Position numbers and translations under genes: made by a program. A stretch of 50,360 bases of DNA, counting the filler, from Bipalium vagum (taxonomy: Eukaryota): the NCBI GenBank assembly GCA_037834085.1. It is 3 parts of 3 records of this genome, joined end to end, with 100 filler letters (N's around TTAATTAATTAA, not from the genome) between each part and the next. Parts side by side here need not be neighbours in the genome. Positions count along the whole stretch, not along the records: positions 16,975 to 33,551 come from JBBMKC010090415.1; positions 33,652 to 50,360 come from JBBMKC010097079.1; 1 more part is not named here. One strand, written 5' to 3'. Position 1 is the first letter of the stretch. Each line of letters opens with the position of its first letter. The notes under the pieces were generated by a model, which saw only the letters and a list, made by a program, of their open reading frames with translations, searched no databases and was not told where the DNA came from. Of the stretch, positions 23,100 to 35,794 are shown one piece after another.

Positions 23100-25676
23100 C
23101 AAGTATTTTTAATTTCAAGTTAATGTAGCTACTTGAGAGTAAGACTTATGAATTTATTAATTGGTAATAATTAATAATAATAAATAAATCGGTTAATGAA
23201 TACTAAACATATCATTTTACTTAAGTCTTAATCTCAGTTTCTATTCAATATCAAACGTATTAATCTTTTTATCCAAGATAATTAAATACATTTTCAATTG
23301 AGAGTAACATTAATTATTCAATCTAAAAATCACAGTTTTATATAGGCTCACAAAGGAAATCGTAAAAATTTCAAAGAAATAAATTTTAACTCTGTTTATT
23401 TATATACAAAATCGAATATACAATCGAACATATCATAAATCGAATACAAACAAAAATATTGAATAATTAATAAAATGTAAATAAAATAAAGATTAATTTA
23501 AGAATTACTTAAAATATGAAATATGAAGGCCAATAGAAAGGTTTGATGAAAAACAATTAATGACACAGCCACCTTAGATGTGATTTCTTTACATTACCAT
23601 AAAAACGTTGATTGGTCAGTGGTTTTCATGCCCTATAAAGACTGAACAAGCATTCAAATTACACCTTTGCTTATATCAGTAAGGGGACACGATTCAAGAA
23701 TTGTATTGCACAAATGACAATGAATATTTTGAAAGACAATGGTGTCATTTATCTTAATTTTTTTCTATAATACCAAAGCTTTTTGATTACGCTTCACATT
23801 ATTATTAATAATATGGATGGTGACATTTTAAAATATCCTGGTTTATTTATTTTATTGTTAATTATTCATTATTATTACATTAAATATGAATTCAACAGGT
23901 TATAGTATGTTATTACAATTAAAAAAGAGGACAAAAATCTGAACAAGTATCTTAATTAGGATTTATTACAATAACATTATTTAAATTAGGAGATTGAGGT
24001 AATAAATTTCTACCATTTAGAATTCCATAATAATTATAATAATAATCTTATATAAATTTTTTAATGTCTTTTTCATTTGATTATAAATTAATAAAATTTC
24101 TAATAAGGGATAAATATTAACGTTATAAAATTCGAAGACATCTCCAATTTCATGTATCTATTTTGTCTACTAAGATGAATTGGGAAAATGGTATATTATC
24201 AAGATAACACTCTTATTTACGAGGTAAAGACTAAGAGGATTGTTCTAATAAAAATACTAATGCTCTAATTATTTATCAAAGATTCGTTTCCTGGTGGGAA
24301 ATATACCGCAGGAAACTCTCAATACATAAATAATTAATTCTTAAATCTAGCTGCTTATGCTCCCACAGTACGAACTCGTATGAAAGAAATTGAATAGCAA
24401 GAAATATATATATATATATATATATATTTAATGAATAATAAAAAAATAAGAAATAAAAATGGGATTGAACAGTAAAATAGAATATTTTCGGTAACTGGTT
24501 TCGTTCTATTCTCATATCTTCATAAAAAATCGTGGTAATTATCACGATGAGGTTATATTAATACATTTATTAACGCTAATAATGTGGGAATTTGGAAGAA
24601 TATATATAACTTCAAACTATAATTTTAACAAAAGAAATAAAGACAATAATATTCATAAATACTATTCACATTAAATAAACGTTCCAGGTAACAGTACATG
24701 AAAGTAAAATTGAGAAATAATTAGAAATAATAATTATTAATTTCAGAAAAGTTTTCTCTCCCAGTTAAATTTTTCATGGTAAGACATCAGTACGTGTTAA
24801 TGATGCAGTTACAGCAAATATCCCCTTCACTTAAAAAAGGAATGTTGCTCTTGAGATTAACTTGTAATAAATTATTCTTGTAACGGGATTTCTCAATTTT
24901 TTCTGATTTGTATTTCTGGGAAAAAATTTTAATTTACTTTGTAAATATTTTTATCAATTTTTTTCCACAAAAAAGAACTCTTAAGTGAATAAATTCGATA
25001 ACATTTTAAAAGAACATGGAAAATTTTATCAAACAAAAAAAATTAAAAATTAAAGATTCAAAATTTTCTTTACCTTAATTTACCTCAAAATATATTTATT
25101 AAATGAAAACCAGAAAATTTCCCCTATTCTAATAGACTTTCATTTTTCACACTTTTTCCAAAGGCATACACAAAGCCCTTTTAGTAAAATAAAATAATTC
25201 GTAGGGAAATTTTTTTTATTATATTTTAAACGTAAAGTGTGTATATTGTAATTTTATTTTCAAACATACCTAACCGTACAAATCGCTAATACGTATATAA
25301 ATATATTACATCTGAAGATATATATTTCCTAGACATTAGTCTTTTATACTCATTTGTAATATACTTTTTAAAAAATTTTCTAAATGAAAAAAAATCAATA
25401 AATAGAAAATTAAAATAATTTATTTTTGAAAATTCCCAGGACAGAATTATTTGAGTTTATCTAAAATTTCGGTTGGAAAAGTCAAAATGGATAAATATTT
25501 GAAATAATATACTTTACTTATATTCCATAACATTTATTAGGATAAAATCCTTCTTCCTCCTTACCTGTTTTCTATGACTAATTTTTCAGAAAATCAACAG
25601 AAATACATGATTTTTTTGTTAAAAAGTCCTAGGAAAATCATATAATAAATTATTTTAAATGAGTATATTTGTTTTC

Positions 25677-26229
25677 CAGGGTGTCTCAAAAAATGAATAC
25701 ACACATTAAATATAGATCGTTCAATAATTATAAGTCCCTATTACTTGTTTTATAGTTTGTTTAAATACTTCAATAACTGGTAAGAAATTACCGCTATTTA
25801 AAACCTATAAATTTATTCTTAAAGGTTGAATCATGTATGGTAGTCGGACTTTGAGCAGCGAAAAATTATTATCAAAAATTACTTCAATTTTAAAAATATA
25901 AGAGGTACAGACCATGTTCAAAAAAGAATTTCAGATAGATTCTCCAACGAGATTGACAGTCGAATAAAGGATAAATTCGAAAAAGATGGAACTATTAATA
26001 ATGTCAACAATGATCTTTCTGGAAGACGGGGAATATCGATAAGTACGACAAAGGAAGACAGAATACTGGAATTGCTTAATCGAAGCCCATAAACATCTGT
26101 GAGACAACCAAGTCTTGAGCTAAGAATCTATAAAGATTCTGTTCACAGAGCTTTGAAGCACTGCAAAATGAAATGCTACATACCGAGGTTAGTTCACACT
26201 ATCAATGAAGATGTGTATACATTTTTTTG
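25677..26229 (+). mobile_element. Internally deleted rosa/DD41D-like element (5' TIR + N-terminal HTH + partial 3' TIR)
   Basis: 5' cagggtgtctcaaaaaatgaatacaca; inverted tgtgtatacatttttttg at 26212-26229. Coding remnant FEQRKIIIKNY...FKKEFQIDSPTRLT..IKDKFEKDGTI...SGR. Confidence 0.7.
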
Positions 26230-29200
26230 TATATTATCATTTATTAATGTCAAAATGTCGTAAAATGTAAATCATTGTCCATACACCTGTTCTCAGAAGA
26301 TTTTTATTTATAATTTAATTAAACTCAATCTTTTTTTCATTATTTTCCGGAGGCAGAATATCTGTGGAAAAAAACTTCAGTTCTCTATTTTCTGTAATTA
26401 TATGTTAAAAGTACCTGAAATTAATATTATTTATAAATATAAATTAAAACAAATAATTTTAATTTGAAATATTTCGATGTTATTTTCTTGCGGGTATACA
26501 ATTTTCCGTCATTTTACGACAATTATAAAAGAAAAATTAATTTGATAAAAAAAAGAAAAACTTGTGCCATATTCGTAATTAATTTTATGTAAAGTATTTT
26601 TTATAACATTTGTTTTATTTTATACAAAAAACCCATTACAGTGAGGTCGTATTTTGCACCGATTTCGTTTTTTACAAGAATGAAATCTTTTTATTCCATC
26701 GACATGCCGTGCCAGGCGTGAAACGTTACACAGAGATTACATATATAACTTTAATATTATACAGTTAATAAAATTATATCTATTTATGGATAAGAGGTAG
26801 TCAACATGAGACGAAGTTCTGATTGAAAATTAAATAAAATTTTCTTCCTTTTGTCTCTTTTAATTCATTTTTAATGTTTATTAAATTTTCATATTATTGA
26901 TTTGTTATTTAAGAAATTATTATTTAATGTTTAATTTTTTTAAATCTAATCTCAATTATTTCTTTATTTTTTTACATCCTATTTTAAAATTAATAATTAT
27001 TTGCTTGCAATATAAGCACAAATTCTCTGGAAATTCTATTAGTTTTACTTAAACCAGAATTTCATGTGCACTTAAAATAATTTAATTATTTCCACAAAGA
27101 CTTTAATAAAGGATATTAAATAATAAAAAAATTACTAAGCGAAGTCACTATTTTGATTATGCATGAAATTCACATCAGAAAACGCATGTAATCTACCTTA
27201 CTGAAATCGGGCTTATGTTGTCAATTAAGATTGAAAATCGTATTTTATTTATTTATTTATATTTTTGTTTTTGTTTTGTATTTGACAATATGAAACAGGT
27301 TTCAGAACTCAGATTACAGATTCTTTATATTATATTATTTATTCTTAAAATTGGTAATATAAAGATGAAGTAATCAGTCTGGAATATGGAGTCTACTTCA
27401 ATATCCAAACCAATGTGACTCTTAAAGATGATCCTTCTCTTCAAATATCCATCGATCCTATTTAATTATGATACACAAAGGTTGCTAAGTAGAATGATTC
27501 CCTTATTGAAAAATTTTATTTTAAAAAATTTGTTAAATAAAAACTTTTAAACGTAAAATAAATCTTTAATATTCCAATCGATATTCGCAAAATAATATTT
27601 TGATTTTTATTTCAAGGTCAAGAATATTAATTGATTCAGTAACACTGAGTTCATATTACTCACGTATACATTTTTATGAAACTATTGTTTCGTTGATTAG
27701 TAATATTATTGTTTTTAGATGTGCAGATATGATATTCGTTGTTTTGATAACATTCCTGTTTCGCCGGCCTGCTATTCATTAGCAACTAATTTACATATAC
27801 ATCAAACGAAACAGATTTTAGAGCGGCCGATCTCAGTAAACAAAGGTGTCAACTTTACCCTTGGGTAGTAGTGAAAATATTATGTTTTTACTCAACTTTC
27901 TTAGTTTTTGTTAATTTTTTTTAGAGAAATTTTTGTAAGAATTCATAAAATTAGTAAAAAATATTTCAATATATATTTCATTTTTTTATATCCAATCATT
28001 TTTCAACATTGTTTGGTACATATCTCAACTTTGTTTTGAAAAATAATATTTTAATCTTAAATGTTATTTTACAAAAAAACCCCATGAAATTTGAAACATA
28101 TATATTTAATGATAAAACTGTTTTTTCAACGTTATCAATCATTTTTTTTACATAAAATACAAAATTAACGTAAAAATTGTTTGTTTATTTTTGTTTGAAT
28201 AAGACAAATGATTGTTTGAACTTCTAAAACGTATATCTCTCAAATTTTTTCTACACATTAAACAGAATTATAAACTGTCATTGTTTGTTTTATTGCATAG
28301 AAATTATCAAAAGTTAAAAATATTTTATAATTATATCAAAATATTAGATATATTTTTTGTTTGTTAAATCTTAAAATAATTGTTTTTGCATGTGTGAAAT
28401 CAGTGTTAATTAAATCTTGAATTACATTTATAATAGAAAAAATATTTTAATTACAACGCATTGTTTATTTTTAATGAATTATTTAATGTATAATTAATAT
28501 TATTATTATAAATTTATGAAAACAATTATTTTTACTAATGTTATTATTTAAAATATTAAGTTCTTAAAATTAAAAAATCAATAAAATTTTTAAAAGTCAT
28601 CTTTTTTCAATGGAAAAGAGTCTATAAATAAAACAATAAAAAATTAATGATTACTTGAAAAGATTAAGACAATAATTCGTGGAAGCTTTCTTTTGATCAT
28701 TTTTTACACAGGCTTAATCATTTAATCAATGAAATACAAAATTGAAAAAATATATTTATTTATATTTATTTAGTAGAAAAAAATAAGGTAAAACTTGAAA
28801 ATTAATCAGATAAATTTTGAAAATAATTAAGTTATTAAAAACTCCTGTATATAATATTAATATAAAAATAATCTTAATTATCTTTTTTAACTTATTCTCA
28901 TGAATATGGATTTTCTTTTCAAGTGATATTTCGAATTTATTATATTTCGAAAAAGAACAATAAACATAATTTAATCAAACTATCATATGTTACAAATTTA
29001 TCCTTCATTTTAAAATATTTCTTTATGAATATAAATGTCTTTTTTTATAAATTTTATATTTATTATTCATTTTATATGTAGATCTGATTTTTAAAGGTAA
29101 ATTAACAGAAATATTTTCAAAAATGTTGTCATTAAAAGATAATATCTTATGAGACATTTTAATAAATTTTTTTATCATGAAAAAGAAAAAAAACATTAAA

Positions 29201-30969
29201 GAAAACAGATTATTTCAAAATATTTACGATGACATCCTAGAAAATTATACATTATATTTATCTATAAATCAATGATTAAGAACGAGGTTAACTCAATTAA
29301 TTAATAAATGTTAGTCGAATTACACGTTATTTTAGTGTTGATAGAATTATCGTTTAATAAAAATTAACAATTAAAAATAAAAAAAATAACTACCGGGTTT
29401 AGTTGATTCTTTCTTTACAAATCCAACCGAGTTTTGGAAAAATGAATTAAAAATAATTTCATTTATGGATATTATTTATCAATCGAATTTGAAATATTCC
29501 CAAAGTAATCGGAAAATAATATTAAAACAATTTCAATCTTTTCCCGGTTATTTGTGCTACTTTGATTTCTGTTGTCTGTGTGCGTGAATGTATGTATAGG
29601 CATAATACACGTGCAAAACGTATCGGTGTGTATTTGTAATAATATTTTTCATTTGAAATCGTCTCGTTTTAATAATATTAGCCAATAAGACCTCAACAGT
29701 GCCAAGTGTGTGACGAATCAAAATCAAATGGGAAGTAGAAATTCTCGTGGCCTTGAAACTGTATGCTTTTTCATCATGTACTGAGGAAATGAGTTCAGTC
29801 CTAATGTCTCTAGACTCTCTCCTCAACGAGGCTAGGACGAATAGGACGTAGACTTTGAGGAAATTTTAATTTTTAATACCTTTGCTTGCTTCCAACATTT
29901 CCATTTCCTGAAGAAATTCTTAATTTATTTATCAATTGTTAATATTTGTTCAAAATCAATGCCCAGGAAATAAGTAATAAATTTATTAACAATATTTGTT
30001 ATTTTATCATTATTGAATTTATTTTTTATTACCATATGAATTTTCATAAATATGTTCGGTTTAACCATTTTCTCAAAGAAATTATTCGTCCGCTATTGAT
30101 AATTCTCAAATATATTTGAATTAAATTTTTTTCTGTTTGATACTTTTGGTTTCCTTTCCACAGGTTACCATATTCCAGTGTTCTTCAGCTGTGGGTCGAT
30201 GACGATTTTGCAGGGATCACATAAGCCTGTTGGAAATTTGTGTTTAATCTATTCTAACATGAAAAACTTATCATAGTACGATTTTTTCTCATTGGTAGTT
30301 CATATTTTTTATCATAGTTCTTATTTAAGAATAGATCATGCAGACAACTGAATCAGAAAGATTTAAAATATTTTAAAGTTTAATTATTGTCTATGAAATG
30401 GCGTGACAATACTCGACGTAATTGAAAAGCACTGTCGTTTTTAATTAGTAATATACCATCACTTTATATTCCATACTATCAGGTAATATTTTCATGATGG
30501 CACAACCCATGAAAATGAATCTCAGACAAAGGAATGCTAAGAAAAAATATGATCACTATTTTTAAAGTACGATCTTGCTTCAATAGATAAAGTGGGACTT
30601 TTTTTTGTAAAGAAGTTCTATCAGCCGAATTTATGAAGCTGAACAAAATGTTACCCCATGCCTATTGGTTAGACTATTCAATAAGCTTCCAGTTCTGGTA
30701 GCTACTGATCTGAATAACCAGAATAAACTATAAAAGCATCTCTTGGAATTGGAGAGTGGAAAGTAGTAATTTGAAAACTAATAAATCGTTATATGATCGA
30801 GTACAGAGTGATCCCGATGAATCCGCTTTTCAAGAATTTTGTTTGAGTTTGAAGATTGACGTGTGCTCTTGTAGATTCGGCAATTTTGTGAAACCAGAAT
30901 TAAAGTAGTCATAAAGTACTTTTATAAATGATTTCCATGAATCTTTATCTAACAAGGGTATTTGAAACT

Positions 30970-31262
30970 AGCACCTGCTTTCGATATTTGTAACTGCCCT
31001 GTCATTTCACAAAACATTACGTGTCGATCGATTTCAATGATAGACTTTATTTTGTCATCAGAATTTTCCACTGGCCTCCCGGAACGGAGAACATCGTGAA
31101 TCTCGAAGGTTTTTAATTTAAATTTATTATTCCAAATTTGAAATGTTTGGTTATGGAATCAAAACCATAGATCGTGCTTATTTTTCTATGCGCATTTGCA
31201 GATGTTTTACTTCTAAAATGAAAAAGTAAAATATTTCGGAAATGCTCTTTGTTATTATCCAT
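30970..31262 (-). mobile_element. Mariner (mellifera-like) 5' transposase fragment
   Basis: MDNNKEHFRNILLFHFRS...ANAHRKISTIYG...DVLRSGRPVENSDDKIKSIIEIDRH. Confidence 0.85.
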
Positions 31263-32140
31263 TTCAAAAGACGCTAAATAAATTTTAACAACTCATATAA
31301 GATGGTTTATTTAAAGAAAGTTATCTTTACTTATTATAATTAAAAGATTATATTAGTTTTAGATTTACCGTATTTTCAGGTACATAATACGCACGTTGTT
31401 TTTAAAAATTTTATTTCATGCCTTTAAAAAAATTTGTATATTACGCTTTAACATATAATACGCATGATAATCTTTGTTTAAATATACAGATTAAATTAAA
31501 AAATTAAATTTTTAAAAACACCGTTATTTATGTGTCAATAATGCTAAAACTTAATCAAACTGTTACAAAGACTTATCCAGACTACAGCGTGAGATATTTA
31601 GGTTATCACAACGATCTACAACATTTCAGAATGTCTATGTTCTCTTGGTTTAGTGAAAATGGATCTTTAAATACTTTCAACTGAGTTGATCTTTAACAAC
31701 AGTAAATCTGTTTTGAAACTCATCTAACAAATGTTAAATTTGACTTTGAAATTTTGTGTTGTGCTCTGACTGAAAAGTGACTAAATTCTTCTCAAGGAAG
31801 TTCATTCTTGAAAAATGTCATTTTAATATGAAATCCTTTTACAAAAGTAAGAAATTCAGGTGCGAATTGAGATATACGCTAAGACAATTAAAATAATTAT
31901 TGATTAAGTCCTGCGATCTTAATGGTAACTTGTTTTTTTCTTAAGATAAACAAATTTTTACAATAGTCTAAATAAAATTACAAAACACCACTTGATTTGT
32001 TCGAAAATTGTTCTCTTTCACGGTCTAATATCTGAAAGAAAAGGAACTGAAAGGCAATTACGCTAACTTATGAAGACGGTTGACAACAGGGCATTCAAAT
32101 ACAAGATCCTGCAATTGGATTAGAAAGTTTGTACAGGGTT

Positions 32141-32284
32141 GAATTGAATATTGGGTTACAAGAACTTAGTCCTTATAGACAAATGTTGGATGTCTACTAG
32201 TCAGGTTTTAAAGAATTGAATATTGGGTTACAAGAACTTAGTCCTTATAGACAAATGTTGGATGTCTACTAGTCAGGTTTTAAA
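32141..32284. repeat. Perfect 72-bp tandem duplication
   Basis: 32141-32212 is identical to 32213-32284 (gaattgaatattgggttacaagaac...tcaggttttaaa). Confidence 0.95.
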
Positions 32285-33551
32285 GACCGATGGTAAATAA
32301 TACCTCATTTGACAGTGAAGCAAATGAAAGTTTCTTTTGAAATACTTGACTTTAAACTTTGTTTCTATACTAAATCTTTATTCAGTCACCTAAACGAATA
32401 AAGCTTTCATAACATTTACCGAAATGTTAAAGAGATAGATCGAAATTGGGATAACGACCGATGCAATACCATATAATAGCTTCTTAAATTCATATTCAAT
32501 TGACAGAAGCAAATAAATAGTTTAGTACAAACGTATAATGCGCATACTCATTTGTTTAAAATTTTATGTTTTTGTATATAGAATACGTCCATTATATACC
32601 TGAAAATACGATATTGCTTATGCAAATAAAAAAAATAATAATACGTTGGTAGAAACCGATTGAACTTTCTGGACAACTCAATAGTAAAGACACACTTGCA
32701 GATTTGTAAAAAAATTGTGACAATTGAGGATTTGTCTGATATCATAAGGACATTGATACTATGCGGTATGATTTGAGACATTTGTTGTGATTGTGTTGAT
32801 ACTTGTGTTATTTTGATTATCGGTCAAATAGGTCATCGAACTCAACTATAAAATTTTGGAGTCAGATCTTTCATTGAGCCTGCTTAATATCGGATATCGA
32901 TACGGTGAACTGCCGATGTGATTCTTCGTGATCAGCGAGGTTTTTTGAAAATTTGGGAGTTAAAATTGATATCCATATATTGTGTAATTTCAGTTCTGAG
33001 TTCCTTTGTGGATAAGGAACTCGTAGTAAATCGTGTGAATAAATAATATAATAATAATAAAATATAATTACTAAAAAAAAGTATTGGTAGAGAAGATGGT
33101 TTGTCTGAGAATGTAACATTAAAAATATTTTTGAAGTGAAAAAGGATTTTTATAATGGATTACAAGTTTTTGAAATTGCATGTAGAAGTTCACTGGTAAT
33201 TCGACCGAGCTCATTTCGGAATATTTTGAAGTGGCTGAAACTCTTAGTTACTATGATGAAAGAATGATAAGAAGTTTTTGTAGTAAAAAGTACTTTACGA
33301 AAATGATGTAAGCAATAAAACATGCAGAAGTTATTACAGTGTACAAAGAAATTGATATTTTGAGATAACAGCATGCTAAGTCTGTAAATATCACAACCAA
33401 AGGAAACAAAGAATCGATGAACTTGTTAAGATTCTAGAGAATGATGGACACAAAGGATGTTAAAGGTCGGAGCTTAAATGTCTCTCAGGTCTCAACGGTT
33501 GAAGGTTGCGTTTGTGCGTGTTCGACTTTAATTAAAATTCACTAAGAAAAC

Positions 33552-33651
33552 NNNNNNNNNNNNNNNNNNNNNNNNNNNNNNNNNNNNNNNNNNNNTTAAT
33601 TAATTAANNNNNNNNNNNNNNNNNNNNNNNNNNNNNNNNNNNNNNNNNNNN
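33552..33651. other. Artificial contig linker (44 N + TTAATTAATTAA + 44 N)
   Basis: Same structure as 16875-16974. Confidence 0.97.
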
Positions 33652-34079
33652 CATCCGTAATTCCTTCTGAGAGTCGTAATCTTGTTAAGTGACCTAAAAG
33701 ACATAGTTAGTTTTATAAAATCAACTCAGTAAGGTCAACCTTAACAATATTTACATTTAATTTAATTGAATTTTTAGTGTGATCTACTATTAAAACATTT
33801 AATTTTGTGATTGAAGATATTTTTAGTGATTATTTGAGACATTGCGGTTGTTATTGTTACTTTAGTAATAAAGAATTGCTCGTAGTTGTTTTGATTCATT
33901 CATTTGCGTATACGTATTGAAAAAAGTGAAGGAGCCAGTAAACTTTGCGAGCTAAGTTCTACGACAGTGTTCACATTATAATATAATAGCGTAACAATAA
34001 TAATAATAATAATGATAATAATTAAAAAATTTTAAATAATTTTTTTTTGCTTTTAAATTATTTTTAAAGCCAATATATC

Positions 34080-34830
34080 AAAATCTCACCACCGAGTTTA
34101 ATTTATGGCTATTAAGGAAAATAGCCCTCTCTAACTGTAGGGGTTGGTGATCGTAGACAAATCTCTACGTGTATATAAAGAGACGGCTATTCCCAGAATA
34201 TGACCAAAAAATAAGAGGAGTTTTACATTATCATTATTACGTGGAAGAAGATTGTTATTGTCTAGCAGAAGATTATTATTTCTTAGAAGTGTTATTGCCT
34301 AGAAGGATATTGTTTTGGACGCGAAGAATATTTCGAAGAATATTGCCAAGGATCATTTCGTCGGAAAAAAAATTAGTAATTTTGTTTATGTTCGTTAATG
34401 ATGACATCGCAAAAGGATTATACAAGAGGTCCCAGCAAGTTTGGGAATCCCTAAGTGACCCGCATAAGACCTGGGGACCCTTTTTCGCTCCGTGTAAGGC
34501 TTTTCTCGATTTCTTTTTATCTGTTTTGTGTTCTTAATTTTTAATATTCTTTTGAACTTCATTTATATTACATATTATTCTTAATCATAAGGTATTTTAA
34601 CGTGCATTTGTGTTAAATTGATTTTCAGACAGTTAATCACTTTTGATTTTGATTCTTGAGTTCGTTGCAAATTTTGGTGATTCGTGTTAGCAGTTCAGTT
34701 TTGCATTATAATAAAGTTTAATAATAAATTTGACTCAGCTGCTGTGCAGATAAAGTATTATTGTGGGAGTTTTAATTCAAATTGTATTTAGCTTTGTACA
34801 GTGACAATAGAATTACGAGCACAACATTGT
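34080..34830 (+). repeat. LTR-like interspersed repeat, copy B (related to 11380-12207)
   Basis: Blocks shared with copy A, in the same order: tggctatta.ggaaaatagcc.tctctaa; TATA + gagacg; tacaag.gg.cccagc...ttgggaa..c.ta.gtgacc...ggggaccc.t..tcgctc; aataaagttt; gtgc.gata.agtatt; gaatta.g..cacaac. Confidence 0.6.
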
Positions 34831-35794
34831 TATAAATACTTATTACTCTGAACCTGAAATAATGTATCCAGCTTTAGAAACAGATTGTGGGATCTTTATT
34901 ACTTTATGAAAAAATTAAATAAACGCCGACATTCAAAAATTGTAGAAAGATTAAAAATTACTTATTGAATTATTTATTTTTTAATAATAAAAATATAACA
35001 AATGACACAAATGACACAAATGACAGCATTGCCAAATGAATTGGTTAGAATAGTGATAGACTCATACAATTATGGTTAAGATATGTAATCAGATTATTTC
35101 AAAGATCAAATTGATCGTATTGTTAAATTAAAAAAAAGTAATCTTCAAAGAAAATCAAATGAATAAATAGAAAAAAAATTTAAAAAAGAAACAAGTCAAT
35201 TAAAAGTGAAATGATTCGCCAACCCCTGTCGATGAGTTCTTGGATCGTCTAATTGGCATATAGACGACTGAGCACGACAAGAGTGATGATTACATAGTAA
35301 AATGATGTTTACACCATATTATTATAAAAAATACATCAGTATTAATAAAAACAAATTAATCATGACATAAATTTTCCAATCTTTCACCGATAAAAGTTTT
35401 CTGAACAATAAAAATTTCCGAAAAATGGTAAATTGAGCAAGAAAAATAATTTTCGAGTTTTTTCTAAACTAAAAAATATTTTGTATTATCACTATATATG
35501 AAATGATTTAATTAGGTACCCTCACAATTTTGAAAAAAATGTTCCATCTAGTCACTATATATAATTATTTTTATGTTTTTGAATTAATTTATAAATAGAT
35601 TTTTTAAAGTTTAACATTAAATATATTGATTAATATAATAATGATAATATCTAACTTAATATTTTTCCGTATGATATTTTAATGACTACTAGTTTCTTAA
35701 AACTGCCTCCAGAATTTTGTTTGATTACATCAAATTAGTGTGATTTTAGAAATATTAAATAAACAATTATTGAAAAAATATTTTTGAATTTTAG

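Noticed and set aside
22932-23123. Poly-Leu ORF as a membrane protein
   Set aside because: It is the translation of a (TTA)n microsatellite.
32141-32284. CRISPR-like array
   Set aside because: A simple head-to-tail duplication with no spacers, in eukaryotic context.
11380-34830. The two LTR-like copies as paired LTRs of one giant element
   Set aside because: They are too diverged, lie on different contigs, and have no TSD or coherent internal gag-pol.
35001-35080. F-box-like start MTALPNELVRIVID
   Set aside because: Hits a stop after ~25 codons and has no further support.
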